From assembly GCF_018350175.1 (NCBI RefSeq), contig NC_058379.1, positions 64,914,001-64,978,000 on the forward strand: 64,000 nt of DNA, read 5' to 3'. Of this stretch, positions 1 to 12,764 are shown piece after piece. Source of the stretch: Felis catus. Its lineage: Eukaryota. Position 1 is the stretch's first letter, and the number at the start of each line of letters is the position of its first letter. The translations under genes were made by a program, and so were the position numbers. The notes under the pieces are model-generated. The model made no database searches. It was given only the letters and a program-made list of their open reading frames with translations, and was not told the origin of the DNA.

Positions 1-1379
1 GCCCCACACAACTGTACAATTATAACTCATTTTATTTCTCTTCAAGTTGAGTTTTCTCATTAATACTCTCATTAGATCTTAGGTCTTTCCACCTTGCCCT
101 CTTATGTTTCTTACCTAAATGCTGTCCATCTGTAGTAGTCATTAGTGGTATTACCATAAACTCCTACTTCTCTACTACTCCAATGTGATACAGAATTGCT
201 TTTCTGAGGATCATGTGTATTGTTCTAACATTTAAATGCAAGTTACTTGTGTCAGTTACAGAACAGAGCATTCATTGCCTATTTTGGACCTTCTGAAAGT
301 CTGGCTTGCTCTTTGTACTGCAACTTGTTATACTCCAGATAGTGGTTGTTCCAGCATGCTGGGTCCCAGAGTAAGGGAAGATCAAGCAGATGTTCCAGCA
401 GAGTGAGTGAGAACTCAACATTAGTTCTCTTAAGCCACTAAGATTTTGAGATTGTGTTGTGTTGTGATCTTTCCTAAGCAATACACTGTCCTTTTTCAAG
501 GATAAACTTAAATAAAATCCTTTACAAGGTTATTTTTTTTAACTAAACTATTTTATTATGTACTCTGCACTCTCTACTTCTGCCAAGGAAAAATGCTTCT
601 CAATGAATGTCAGTGGCATATTAACTAGCCATTCCGTAGAATTACAAGAACATGTATAATTATTTGTACTCATTTGGCATGTAAATCAACAGATTGCCCC
701 ACATTGTTAAGCTATAAATGTGCATAACTATCTTTCACATAAACTCTTCAATGTGAATACCCTAGTACGTCTGAGTGGAAAAAGTATTGCTGTCTGTGCT
801 TCTCCCTCAGTCCCAATCAACCCCAATATATTTATCCAGATTAAATATTTAATTGATTAAATTGATTAAATTAATACCAGTGAAATTGTTGAAAGAAAGC
901 TAATCTCATAAAAATACAAGTAAAAAAGTTTGCAGCCTAAGAATTAAGTATGTGTGGGTGTGAGAAGGCTTAGAGCCTCAAAGACTACTCACCATTTATT
1001 CATTTACCATCAGCCACCTCATCCTTGCCTGTCTATAACCTCCTTGACTTGAGACAAACCAAATGCATTTTAAGGTTCACTAAAATATGGAGTAGAGGAT
1101 AGTGACCCCACTTTGCCATATCTCACATACCCACTGTCTGAAATCCAGGGCTGTGTCAACTTCCTTTTGTTATATAGACCACAAGATTTCAGACCAAAGA
1201 TGCTTAACAAGCATTTCTTTCTGGATTGTTGGAATTTGTTCAATTCCCCACAGATATGAAGTTGAAACAGAAAATTGGTCACTTCCCAGAAGTACTAAAA
1301 AGAATTGATAGTAGTTGATACTTACTTTGTACTTTCAGTGTGCCTTGCATTGCTGTAAGCATTTTGCATGTGTTAATTT

Positions 1380-1627
1380 AGTATAGCATGGTGGTTCATA
1401 TGGATGCCTGGGTCAAACTGCCAGAACTCAGGTCCTTGCTTTTTAATTACTACCCATGTGACCTTGGACAGGCAACCTCTCTGTGCCTCAGTGGTTACAT
1501 ATATGACATGATGATCATAATCGTATCTACCTCGCAAGGTTGCTGTGAAACTTAAAGCAAGTAGCACATGCCTAGATCTTAAAACACTGTCCAGCACACA
1601 GTGCTAGCTCAGCACATGCAGGCTATT
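1380..1627 (+). mobile_element. MIR SINE, near full length
   Basis: MIR core 'tgtgaccttggacaggcaacctctctgtgcctcagt' and tail 'tacctcgcaaggttgctgtg...cagcacacagt...gctcagcacatgcaggctatt'. Confidence 0.8.
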
Positions 1628-1705
1628 TTCACTGCAGGGGGCCAGCCAGAATGTATACCCAGGACCTAAAGAATGTTGCTGGTGAAAGTCACAAAAGCCA
1701 ACATT

Positions 1706-1911
1706 GGGGAGACTGAGTGGTTCAGTTGGTTAAGTGTCTTACTCCTGGTTTCAGCTCAGGTCATGATCTCAGGTTGGTGAGATCAAGCTCTGTGTGGGGC
1801 TTTGTGCTGACAGAGCAGAGCCTGCTCGAAGTTGTCAGTCTCCTTCTCTATCTGCCCCTCCCCTGCTTGCTCTTTTTTTCTTGGTCACACTCTAAATAAA
1901 CATTAAAAAAT
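1706..1911 (+). mobile_element. Can-SINE (older, diverged)
   Basis: tRNA-like head 'gtggttcagttggttaag', 'ctcaggtcatgatctc', CT tract, 'aataaacattaaaaaa'; TSD aagccaacat at 1695-1704 and 1912-1921. Confidence 0.9.
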
Positions 1912-2769
1912 AAGCCAACATAAAACATCGCAGCTCTTAATATGTCAAGAGGTCTATCATGAATCAGCTATCATCTCCCACTAAGATAAGGGAACTGGTT
2001 CCTGACAGAGATTCCTGCTGCCTGCTGTTGTGCTGCTCCATTGTGCATTGGAGAGTTTTTTCTCACTCAAGAGATAACAGGACATATTTTACGTGTCAAG
2101 GCCTTTCATCTGGGACATTGTGGGATATGATGACAATTCTTCTAGCATCTGTTCCTCACCAACACATGCTATGTCATCTCTGGGTAAAGCTTTATCAGAA
2201 TGGCCTGCCACTGCTAAACAGGACAAGAACCCAGTATAATTCTCTAGAGAAGAGAGGATGTGGGTATGGCCTGTGATAAGTTTTTAAGAGCATAAGTAAT
2301 CATGGGATGGAAAAGATGGGCTATGTGGCAGGTCTGGGCTCTGGAATCCTGCTAGGAGATACTCCCAGGTTGCTGTGTCATCCAGCTCTGTGGCCACAGC
2401 CTGTCAGTATTTCATTTCTCAGAACATCCATAGGAGGCAAACTAGAAGTGAGAAGTCCAAATTGGACAGGTGAGTTGCAGACTGGGTTCATGCAAATGTA
2501 ATTATGGCAACCTACCAAAGGCTGGCTTGGGCAGGAAGAGAAGGAAGGAGAGCCATGGCCCCTCCTTCTGAAAGGCCCAGCTTGGAACCTTGCTTCTCCC
2601 TCTCCGTTGCTGCCCAAAAGGTATGTGAGGGGTTCTCTGACTGCTGAATGGTAGCCCCACTGGCCAACTTGGGTATTTTGCAATAGGAAAGAATTTCATC
2701 AGGAAACAATTTTACAGGGCTTCAACATAGTATTTATATTGTCAGTTTAACCGTACTATCATTGTGAAG

Positions 2770-3150
2770 AAATCTAGAATACATAAAAATATTTGTATTC
2801 TTGACTTGTAACCTCACTTTTTAAAATGCCATTCCATGTTATATTTCCCCAAATATTTTTCTAAATAATACCTTACCTAAGATTATAACATTTGTCCTCT
2901 GCTCCCCATGCTTGAATGAGTAGATTGCTTCTAATTTCTTAAAAATCACAAAAGGCAGAGAAATCTATTTGAACATAAATCTTTATTGTAATTTCTGCCT
3001 ATTTGCTTAATATAGATTTCTAGTAAAAAAAATTTTGAGTCACACAGTATGAGTATTTTACAACAATATATATAATTTCCATATTTATTTTTCAGGAAGG
3101 AATTTTATACTTCTACAACTGTGTGAAAGAGGCTAGCTCTTCATAGCCAT
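2770..3150 (-). mobile_element. Old L1 (L1ME-like) 3' fragment
   Basis: Degenerate antisense L1M motifs ('agattgcttctaatttc', 'tagatttctagtaaaaaaaattttgagtcacacagtatgagtatttt'). Confidence 0.45.
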
Positions 3151-3178
3151 CTAGGCTCAGTGATAGATAAGTAGACCA

Positions 3179-3192
3179 GCAGATAGATAGAT

Positions 3193-3227
<35 letters not shown>

Positions 3228-3317
3228 TAACTATAGATATAGATATATAGTTGATATAAAATCAATCTCTCTCTATATATATATATACATATATATGTAT
3301 ATATATATATATATATA
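3179..3317. repeat. Compound (GATA)n/(TA)n microsatellite
   Basis: Directly visible tandem GATA units followed by TC/TA runs. Confidence 0.9.
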
Positions 3318-3635
3318 AACAAACTAAATTTAGAAGTAGTTGAAGATTCATCCACATGGAACAATCATGGCAAAATGCCATACAGCTTTAAACAGACTAA
3401 GTAATATTTGAATTGAGAGGATAAAAAGAAAATCAATGAAACTAAGAATAGTCAAGGAAGACTTCAAGAGGCAGCTGGTCTTAAGGTGAACCTAAAATAT
3501 TTGTTCACATAGAAAAAATACATACATACCTGGGGAGGGGGGGAAACTTAGACAAAGAAGCCAAAATAAACAAGAAATATTGGAGAGGGGCTGGGGGAGA
3601 GGGGAGTATTGTCCTTTACAAACATTTTCACAACT

Positions 3636-3735
3636 ATTCATTCAAGTAATATTTACTTGATGCATATTAGGTATGTGGCAGTGTGCTACATGTTGAAACT
3701 ATAACATAAATAAAACACAGTTTTGGTCTATGAAT
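3636..3735 (-). mobile_element. L2 3' end
   Basis: 'ttcattcaagtaatatttacttgatgcatattaggtatgtggcagtgtgcta' resembles the reverse complement of the L2 terminus. Confidence 0.55.
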
Positions 3736-3739
3736 GAAA

Positions 3740-4418
3740 CAGCCCCCTATCTGGTCTCCTTGCCTCCAAGTTCAATCCACCCAATCTATCACTAACACTA
3801 CCATCAAAATATCCTCCAAACTATAAGCCTGTTTATATTATACCATTTTTAATACCAAGATGATTTTTACAGGGTTGGGAAACTTCAGTGGCTTATCTAT
3901 ACTTAATAATAAAATCCAAAGGCCTTAGTTGGGTTTTCATGGCTTTTCTCCATCTGGAGGCTTCCTACTTCCCCTTCTAACATCTAGCATCCCTCTCTTT
4001 CCAGAAATAAGCTTCTTTCAGTTCCTTGAACTGGCCAAATGCAAACTCTTCACACAATGTCTAGACTCCTGGAATTCACACACATTGTTCCTCATCTGAA
4101 ACATCTCTCACTCTACCCCATGCTCTTGGTCCACACCTTCCCCTTAACTAACACCTGCTCATCTTTCAGCTGTCAGCTTCAGGATGGCCTACCTTGGTAT
4201 TAAACATGTGTTAAAGATCCCTGCTACATATCCCCAAAGCATCTTCCACTTCCTCTGGTATAATTCCCAATGCATTTTATTGGCATAACTTCTTTTCTCG
4301 TGGCTCCCTCGAGACTGTGGGCTCTATAAATATCAAAACATTGTCCTTCACATTCACCTCTAAGTTCCTAACATAGCATCTTGTACATAGTAGTTTCTTA
4401 GTAAATGTATGTTGAAAT
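3740..4418 (+). mobile_element. L2 3' region
   Basis: 'ctggtctccttgcctcc', 'ataaaatccaaaggccttag', 'agactgtgggctc', ending 'gtacatagtagtttcttagtaaatgtatgttgaa'. Confidence 0.7.
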
Positions 4419-4664
4419 ATTTTGAAGTGAATCCAGTTGCAGGGGGCTGGGTTGGTACTATCATTCAGGTTGAAGATTTAGAACATTGACTCATGGAATC
4501 CAACAGAACCAGCATAAGTTCTAAACAAAACAGAACTCAGGCTCAGAAGACTGAACAGTGGCATGTCAGCATAAGAACCTACAGGATTTGAGCTGTTCGG
4601 TTATCTTACAATAAGTAAGTTCCTATTGTGTTATCATGGACTAGGAATCAGGAGACAAGACCCA

Positions 4665-4875
4665 AACTAGGAGGCTTTGGAGGCAGGCAAATTTAGATCC
4701 ATTGCTTATCTCTACCACTTTGTATGGGAGCTTGGGAAAATTTCTTAGCCTCTCTGCACCTGAATTCCCTCTTTTGTAATGGAGAAGTTAATGCCTCTTT
4801 CCAAAGGCCATGAGACCACATGTATAAAACCCTGCATACAACCCCCAAACTCTCACATTCACTAAATATTCATTT
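4665..4875 (+). mobile_element. MIR SINE
   Basis: 'cttgggaaaatttcttagcctctctgcacctgaattccctcttttgtaatgg' core. Confidence 0.55.
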
Positions 4876-4986
4876 CTTCCCTTTCCCTCTCAGCTCTTCC
4901 TCTTACCTCCTGGAGAAACCTAGACAAAATCACTTCTTCCAGGGCCTTCATGCTGCCTACTGTAAAATTAAAGGATTCAGAGAAAT

Positions 4987-5152
4987 CAGTAGTTCCCAAA
5001 ACTGATCAAACTCAAGCATCATCAAGAGAGCTTTGGCTGAAAAACTCCAAGAGTGGACCTAGAAGTTAGTTTCTTTCCTTATAAAGTTCCCCAGGTGATC
5101 CTGCAGCAGCCAGCCCAGCCCATAACTGCAGCCCAGTGTCAGGGAAACACTA
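4987..5152. mobile_element. MER5-like hAT-Charlie DNA transposon remnant
   Basis: TIR-like ends 'cagtagttcccaaa' and 'gggaaacacta', internal 'aagttccccaggtgatcctg'. Confidence 0.5.
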
Positions 5153-7460
5153 GCCTTTTCCAGCTTTAACAGGCAATAGTTTCATTTTTCTACTTCTCAC
5201 ATGGAAAATGTTTATGCAATAAATCAGAATATGACTCACCTGGCTGGCATTTTTTGTTCCACCAGACCAAAACTATGCCATACTTGGCAGTGAAGATCAG
5301 CTCTACGTGTGTGCATGCGTGTTTGTGTGCATATTTGAATATTGAGGGCAGAGGAAAGAAAAGTATTCAAAAATTTGTACCTGCCTCACTTTCTTTGCTG
5401 ACTGGCATGAGCTAGACCTCTCAACAATGGAGCCACAGCAGGATTGAACAGTGAACTGCCTACAGAAGGCTGTTCTTAAGTTGTAGACAAAGTAAAGGAA
5501 CCTTTAGCCTTCTGCTATTATTATATCAATATCACATTGGCAGTTGACCAATGGTCATTGCTCTGTTAAGTCAACACCAGAAGATGTAGTCATTATGGAC
5601 CCTCAGAACAAAGGAGAGTTAATAAAGACTAAATCAAGGCTGGTTCGAAGGTTGATTGTTAGTTTAACAGAGAGCATGAATAGAAACAAAGCCCATGAAA
5701 AAAAAAGAAAGTTGGGTGTGCACCAGGTAAAACAACAGAAAACACAAAAACTGAATGAGGCATTCAAGTGATTGAAAACCCATCAAAAAATCTGAACTCA
5801 AAGCCTGCAGTTATATGGCAAATTCCACAAATATTTTGTGAGCCCCAGATGTTATGATAAATTGATAAAAATCTATTAAGACATAGTCCATCCCTTTGAA
5901 TAACTTACAATCTATAAAGAAACCTAAAAAGAATGGTAATTAAGGACACACACTCTGCTACTTGAATTACACATGACAACTTATTTAATCTTCCTAACAA
6001 CCCTGCACTGTGGATATCACACAGATTCAACGACTTATCCATATTCAAAACTAATATCAAGAAAGCTAGACTACCTCTTTATTAATAGATTGACTATACA
6101 GAAACATGTTATACAGAAGATATTTCTAAACATTGCTTTCTAGTGAATAATCATAGTTTAAATAGTCAAAGGACTATTTCATTAAGAATCATTAAGCTTG
6201 ATGAGTTTCTCTGTGACAGCCCAGAAACTTAATGGTATCTTGAGTTTTAAGGTCAAAGATTCTGATTCTTGAAGTGCCATTGACATTTGGGTGTTAACCC
6301 TAGAATTAGTTCTTGCCAGCCACGTGAATCCATTCTTCCCTCTTCACTAAGCCAGAATAAGCAAAGAACTTTCCCCTTATTTACACCCACGTGTTGGGTA
6401 AAATGACAGTCCAAACTGCAAGAAGTCATATGAAATGCTAGCTGGGCATTGGTGGGCAAAGGCTCATGCCAAAAGTACTGAAGCAGTGGAGACAAAATTC
6501 ACCCAGTGGCTCCAAGAACAAAAATCCACACATTTTCTTTCTTCTTTTACCAACAAAAAAAACTGTCCCAAAACAAACAGTCTATCTAGGCTAATAATTG
6601 AACAACCAAGTATTCACTACTTCCCCAAACTCGTTTTAAAGGTCTCATTGCTAGAGCTGGAAAGAAATAGAAATAATCTTTGTGTCTGATTGGAAACAGG
6701 TTTCCTGATTCTCTTGGGCTTCCACGTTTAACAGCTCATTCCAAAAAAACAATCTCCCTTCTCTCTGCTTGGCCTAGAAAGTTTCTGACTTCATTGGTGC
6801 ATTTTAACAGAGGCTGTCCCCCTCCAATGTGACCTGTCATCATTGAACTTTGAATGTACAAATCCCAACCATCCCCTCCCCCCAAATTAGCTGAACACAT
6901 CTCCCTGTTTTGACTCACATTAGATGGTTGCTACTGAACTTGAAAAGGTTGCGTCTCACTTCCTGGCATCGTTGGACAGGTTGCAAATCATAACCACACT
7001 AATTAGCACATAGATTTCTGGGGTTTTAAGTATGCCAGGCATAGGATGATATAAATTGGGGAGAGAAGGGAGAGAAAAGGGTCACTCAGGAGAGAAAAGA
7101 GAAGAGAGGGAGCATGGGCAAAAGGAATTTGAGTGACGTTATTTTATTCTCCAAAGCAGATACCCAAGGGAGGATTAGCTTCAGGGAAAATCCTTCACTA
7201 TTATCCTTACTTATCTGTTACACAGGAATAAATATTCTCATTCTTTCTTATTAGATCCTCTTTTCCTCTTCTTCTGGCTCATGGAAACACAACAGGTTTG
7301 GGTAGGTACTGAATTAAATTATCTCTGGCCTTACTATCAACTGCAGTCAATTGCAATCCTATCTATTATATAAATGAACTAGAAAAAATAGATCTTTAGA
7401 AAGTTTTGGAGCTAAGTTTTCCACTCCTAGCAAATAATAGAACACTACCATATTTTTAAA

Positions 7461-7597
7461 CTATACATAGGTGCATATACACACACACATATGTAATATG
7501 TATATACATATATATGCATACATACACATATAATTCACCTATGTATAAACACGTCTATAGGTATATATACATATACACATGAATATAGAGAGATATG
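7461..7597. repeat. Low-complexity (TA/CA) tract
   Basis: Alternating purine-pyrimidine tatatacatatatatgcatacatacaca. Confidence 0.7.
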
Positions 7598-8033
7598 AAA
7601 TGCCTCCAGTCCCCAACAAATAAAAAGGGACTTTGTTAGAGAAAAAAAATTCCCCACAGCTGTCGTTGAAAGTGAAGACTTAACTTCCTTGTGCCCTCCA
7701 CCTCCTTCCTCCCTAAAGCCTCAGGCTAATAATGCATGACCATTCTCTAATTCGGCATATGCACGAATGTATCAGAAAAAGCAGACTGTATGTCTTGTTT
7801 TCAAACTTTGTCTCCTTGCTTTCTCTGCCCTCCTCTACTCCCTGCCCCCCCCACTCCAGCCCTTCAAATAGCTCTGTCCTAAATGAACCTTCCAGGCCGG
7901 TCTGATGTTAAAAGAGAGTTGTTTATCTTGGAGTGTAGACATAATTGACAATTAGAAAAGAGGACGCTTTTAGCTCTTGGTCAGGGCACTGCGCTCCTGG
8001 ACAAAGTGCTCTTTTCTTTGAGGCAGGGTGGAG

Positions 8034-8070
8034 TGCTGAGTGACTCAGGCAGTGATCTGTGCATGTTTAC
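8034..8070. promoter_or_regulatory. Candidate AP-1/CNC-Maf plus FOX site
   Basis: TGCTGAGTGACTCAGGCA near-palindrome containing TGACTCA; TGTTTAC at 8064-8070; motif evidence only. Confidence 0.25.
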
Positions 8071-9110
8071 ACTTAGGGCCTACCAGAGTCAAGGACAGGA
8101 GCTTTCTGGGACAGATTTCCCTACCAACTAATTTCAAATAATATCAATAACTCATAAAGGGTAAGATCAAATGGTTCTACCTCCTTCTGGTGAGGATTTC
8201 TAACTTTTCCTCCCATGTGCTGATTTAAGGAAATTGACTTGCAGAGCTGAACCCACATCTGACCTCAGTTTTTGTTTTCAACACCTACCAGAAAAACATG
8301 CTATATATAGGAACAACCAGCTTTGTCCCTGATTCTAATTTGAAGAGTTAGATAATTGATGGCTTTTTTTTTTCAAAAATTATTACACTATTATCTCAAA
8401 TGTGACTTATTCCATATAAATACATTTTTATTTTATGCAATCTTTTATACTATTCTCAAAATCCACAACCAATACTCCCAACAAGGGTAACTATTCTAAT
8501 GTGTTTAATAAACTTTTTAGTTTTTATGTTCTTAAAATTAGGTATATTTTATCTAAGTACATGCACTTTAGATTTTCTATAAAAGTTATTAAATTACATA
8601 TCTCACTCTGCTTGTTTTCCTCACTGTATTTTTAAGATCCATTTAGGATATTTTGTATGCATGTAATCTATTGCTTCTACCAGTTCTTATATCTCAAATA
8701 TTCTATGCTACCCCTAAGTCCAGAGATGACTGAATCGATCTTTGACAAGAAAACTAAAGAATGGTAATTTGCTCTATCATATATTAAGAGACACTACAAA
8801 GCCATAATAATAAGAACAAGACCAATAGATCAATAGAAAGCCAAGAGACAAATGCCTACATATATAGAGATGTGGACTATAACTTAAGGAGCACACCGTA
8901 AACATTGGGGTAAAGGGAGATGGTTTAATAGGTAATGGTGGGAAACCTTGCTCACTATAGATGTAGAAATAACTAGGTATTTAATGCTACACTCAAGATG
9001 AACTGTAGAAGGATTAAAGTCCTAGTTGTGAAAGGTTAAAACTATAAACTTATAATACAGAAATATGAATAATTTTATAATTTAGGGAAACCCTTTTAAA
9101 AGAAAACCTC

Positions 9111-9305
9111 GGGGTCCCTTGGGTGGCTCAGTTAAGTGTCCAACATAGCTCAGGTCATGATCTCATGGTTCATAATTTTGGGCCCCGTGTCAGGCTCTTT
9201 GCTTACAGCTCTGAGCCTGGAGCCTGCTTCAGATTCTGTGTCCCTCTCTCTGTCCCTCCCCCCACCTCTCTCTCTCTCTCTCAAAAATAAACATTTTTTT
9301 AAAAA
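9111..9305 (+). mobile_element. Can-SINE (felid, older)
   Basis: ggggtcccttgggtggctcag...gagcctggagcctgcttcagattctgtgtc...aaaataaac; 5' TSD aaagaaaacctc. Confidence 0.93.
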
Positions 9306-9317
9306 TTAAAGAAAACC

Positions 9318-9526
9318 GGGGCGCCTGGGTGGCGCAGTCGGTTAAGCGTCCGACTTCAGCCAGGTCACGATCTCGCGGTCCGTGAGTTCGAGCCCCGCAT
9401 CGGGCTCTGGGCTGATGGCTCGGAGCCTGGAGCCTGTTTCCGATTCTGTGTCTCCCTCTCTCTCTGCCCCTCCCCCGTTCATGCTCTGTCTCTCTCTGTC
9501 CCAAAAATAAATAAAAAACGTTGAAA
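9318..9526 (+). mobile_element. Young Can-SINE (SINEC_Fc type)
   Basis: CpG-intact ggggcgcctgggtggcgcagtcggttaagcgtccgacttcagccaggtcacgatctcgcgg; TSD aaaaattaaagaaaacc at 9301-9317 and 9527-9543. Confidence 0.97.
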
Positions 9527-10199
9527 AAAAATTAAAGAAAACCTCAAAAATAGAAATGTAAGACCAACAAATGTGAGGATATATAAAAAATTAAGAAATT
9601 CTGTTCAATGAAAACCTTGAGTGACAAAGCACATTTTGAATTTACCAATTGGGTTACAAGAAATTGTTATTGCTTCTTTTCACTTGACCTACTCCAAAAT
9701 ACAAAGAATATGCATTCACCCTTTCTGTTCAAAATTAATGAACAAATCACCCTTCCTTTTCTCTAAGCTCTCCATGGGTTTAAAGATAGTGACTGGAAAC
9801 ACCTTATCTTTCCAGTCTAACCCAACTAGTAGCCCCAAAAGGGAAAAGGGAGTCTTGGAGATTTTTCTGATATATTAAGCAAGAATGTGTCCATGGAGAT
9901 ATTTTACTTGTTTCAAAGCATCAAAACATACAAACTCAATTCTTCCTCTTCTGTCTCAGGCCTGATACTAAGCATGCACAGAATTCCTTAGATAGTTCCT
10001 CTGAAAGAATTCTGAGCTTGCAAAACTGACAGAGGTTGGGAGTGTGTTGGCAGGAGAGAAATGGCTGAATTTAAGACCTATTTTGTCCTCATTTTCAAAA
10101 CAAGGATGCAGGAAAAAGTGACTACTTGCTATTTAAGGTAGCAAATTCTTTCCAAGCTTCCTTAGCAGCAGTTGTAAAATAAGAATGCATTCGATTATA

Positions 10200-10345
10200 G
10201 GCATTGAAAACTAGAAGGAACCATGAGAGATCAACAAATCCAGACATCCTCCATTGATTACAACAAGGGAACTGTGGTGGAGAGTGCTTAATTGACTTGC
10301 CCAACGTCACAAAGCTAGTTAACTGAACTTGGACCATGACTCTTC
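10200..10345 (-). mobile_element. MIR/MIR3 fragment
   Basis: 'gacttgcccaacgtcacaaagctagt' antisense MIR core. Confidence 0.6.
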
Positions 10346-11339
10346 ATTGACTCTTGGCCCTGCTCACATGATTCTCTGACTGTATTAGTTGAGAGGATTC
10401 AAAGTGCCATAGTGACCTCACAGTGTTGCTGTCAGACATTTCCAATTCTTAAGGGAAACAGCAATAGTTGACATCTGTCAGAAACCACACAAACTACTAG
10501 GCTCAAGGTAGTTCACACTTTTCATGTATTTTGCTTTTGATGGCATTATATCTTAGTGAAGCTGGATTTTCATTTCTTCCTGTGACTAACAGCAAGTACC
10601 ACACAGTCATAGTGAAACAGGAAATAAAGGTGACAGCATCCAATCTAATTCCAAGGTTTGAGAATTTTGCAGGGCCCAACAAGCATACATATGCCATCAT
10701 CGAGTGATTATAGTTATTTAAGAATGAAATTAAAAATTACATATATATATGTATATATACATATACATATATATATATTAGTTTCTTAAATGGCTATTAA
10801 ATTGTTAGGACATAAATTGTATTAAGTTGCTTAGACATAACTACTTAATAAACAGAAGATTTAGCTATTTCGTTTGGCCAAGGAACTGTTGGGGGGCGGG
10901 TGGATGGCTGAGACACAGAATACAAAAAAAAAACAAAAAGATTTGGGAACTTTTTCCTCATTCTCCAGTCAGTCAGAAGGGTAATCTATAGTTGCAAAGG
11001 TGCCTCTTCAGAGTCTTTGGGAATTGGGATGGGGGACCTTGAGGACCCCCATCTGAAATTCAACAAAGCAGCTTCTTATTTACTTGTTTAACACTTTGCA
11101 CATACCCATAGTCATTTATTTGGAGAAAAGGTTGAGGAGCTGAGGACAAATGGATAGAATCCACAGGTATGGTAGACATATTGGATTGGGATTAGGAGAT
11201 GAAGAGATTCCTCTTATTAAAAATGTTAGAATAAAGCATAATAAATTTACTCCTGACTCAAGAAGAAGATGCTAAAAATACAGCACCAAGGAGTACTAGA
11301 GGGATCATTAAAAATAACCCATTGTAGTTCCAATGGAAA

Positions 11340-12060
11340 TCTTCCCTGGCCTAACCTCAATTTACAATTTAGTCCAAGTTTAAAAGTATTTTTAGTTTTA
11401 CCCTAAATACAAATAACTTAGATTCAAACTCATTAGTTCTCATATACCTACAGTTTGATGTATTATTCATTTCTATTGATGGTATTACCTTGTTTCTGTC
11501 GCAGGCTATGAGTCTGGAGTTCTCGCTCACCCAGCAAGAGGGGACACAGAATTGAATATAAGAGACGCTAACGTCAGAGAGGAAACAAGAGCCCAAAACA
11601 GGGCTTCAGTCTCCGTATTTATTGAGCACTCAAGATCTTACACGTGGTGAACGTGAAGAAAACAATCAGATAGTAATCATTAACTTGTGTGTGTGAGAAG
11701 AAAAAGGTCTGGGGGGCAAGTGGAATTTGTGATCAAAGTATAATAGTATATTGGCATCAGTTGTAAAGTGATTTCCTGCAGGGGATATAACAAGTTACTC
11801 CTGATTCCGTTACACTATCTTCCTAGCTAACCTCAGGCACTTTCGCCCCATGGTGGTGACTTTCTGCCCTAAGCTTTTTTCTAACCCATTTATGTAAGTA
11901 GAACTTATTTCCCCACAGTTCCAAGTCACCTAGACTCGAAATTTAGAATTATTTTTGCCTCCTTCCTCTGCCTTACTCTCCACCATTACTTCAGGCTCCA
12001 AATCCTATACGTTTTATCTGAACAATCTCTCACTCACCCTCTCCTCCCTCCTTTACGTGG
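11340..12060 (+). mobile_element. L2 fragment split by a solo LTR
   Basis: 'ttctattgatggtattacc' rejoins 'ccaagtcacctagactcgaaatttagaattatttttgcctccttcctct' as in L2. Confidence 0.55.
11497..11917 (-). mobile_element. Solo ERV LTR (~420 bp, relatively young)
   Basis: Minus strand begins TGTGGGGAAA and ends GCGACA; AATAAA on minus at ~11618-11623; retained CpGs; flanks gtttc/gttcc. Confidence 0.8.
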
Positions 12061-12129
12061 TAATATAGCTAGCTGAAGTAAGGCTGCGGTGCTAATTTAG
12101 CCAAGCAAAATAATGGCTTTTCCAAAGGG

Positions 12130-12540
12130 CATATAGGTAGTTATAGGAGTGGAATAAAGGAGGAAGTTATGGGTGTCATCTCCATATAAGTGATATTTGA
12201 GGCAGCAAAAGAGAAGGTCAAGAAGAGAACTTAAGAGAATACATATAGCAGCATGAGAAATAGTGACCCCATCAGAAGAGACAGAAAACCAGTCACCTAG
12301 AAAAAACTCCCCTACAGTTCAGGATCATAGAAACCAAAGGAAGGAAAGGATTGAAGTATCAAACTGTATTCATATATCATGGTGGCCAAGGAGAAAAGGA
12401 AAATATAGAGAAATATAATTTCTGGACTAAAAAAAGCTATCATCTCATTGAAGATAGAACATAGCCACAAAAAATTTAAGAGTAATTCAGGAGCAATATC
12501 ATCTTTAAGGCAAAACATCTATTCATAGGGGCCAACAGCA
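12130..12540 (-). mobile_element. L2 fragment
   Basis: 'gggtgtcatctccatataagtgatatttga' (antisense of the YADD region) and 'atcatagaaaccaaaggaaggaaag'. Confidence 0.5.
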
Positions 12541-12764
12541 AAGATGAACAAAAAGGTGGAATTTAAGTATTCTATTATTTTTACATTCCTTTAAAGCCTA
12601 TTACTTAAGCTTCTTTGAAGCTATTTACAATGTGTTTAAAATAGGTATTTTGATGATGTGGAAGTCTATGGAAACTTATCATACATTTATACAATCGAGT
12701 TATAAGAAGGTTTATGGAATGATGGAATGTCAACACTCACCAGTTCTCCAAAGATTTTGTCATC

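Larger units (their letters stand above)
8730..9620 (+). mobile_element. Old L1M ORF2 C-terminal fragment (interrupted by two SINEs)
   Basis: 'tactacaaagcc'-like, 'aatagatcaatagaaagccaagagacaaat', 'ggattaaagtcctagttgtgaaaggttaaaactataaact', 'ttaagaaattctgttcaatgaaa'. Confidence 0.7.

Noticed and set aside
9229-9504. ORFs such as MGQRETEHERGRG..., and the ...SSPASGSVLTAQSLEPASDSVSPSLS ORFs at 14233, 22474, 38252, 42344, 45002, 51536 and 51744
   Set aside because: Translations of Can-SINE sequence that recur because of the repeat, not because they are a gene family
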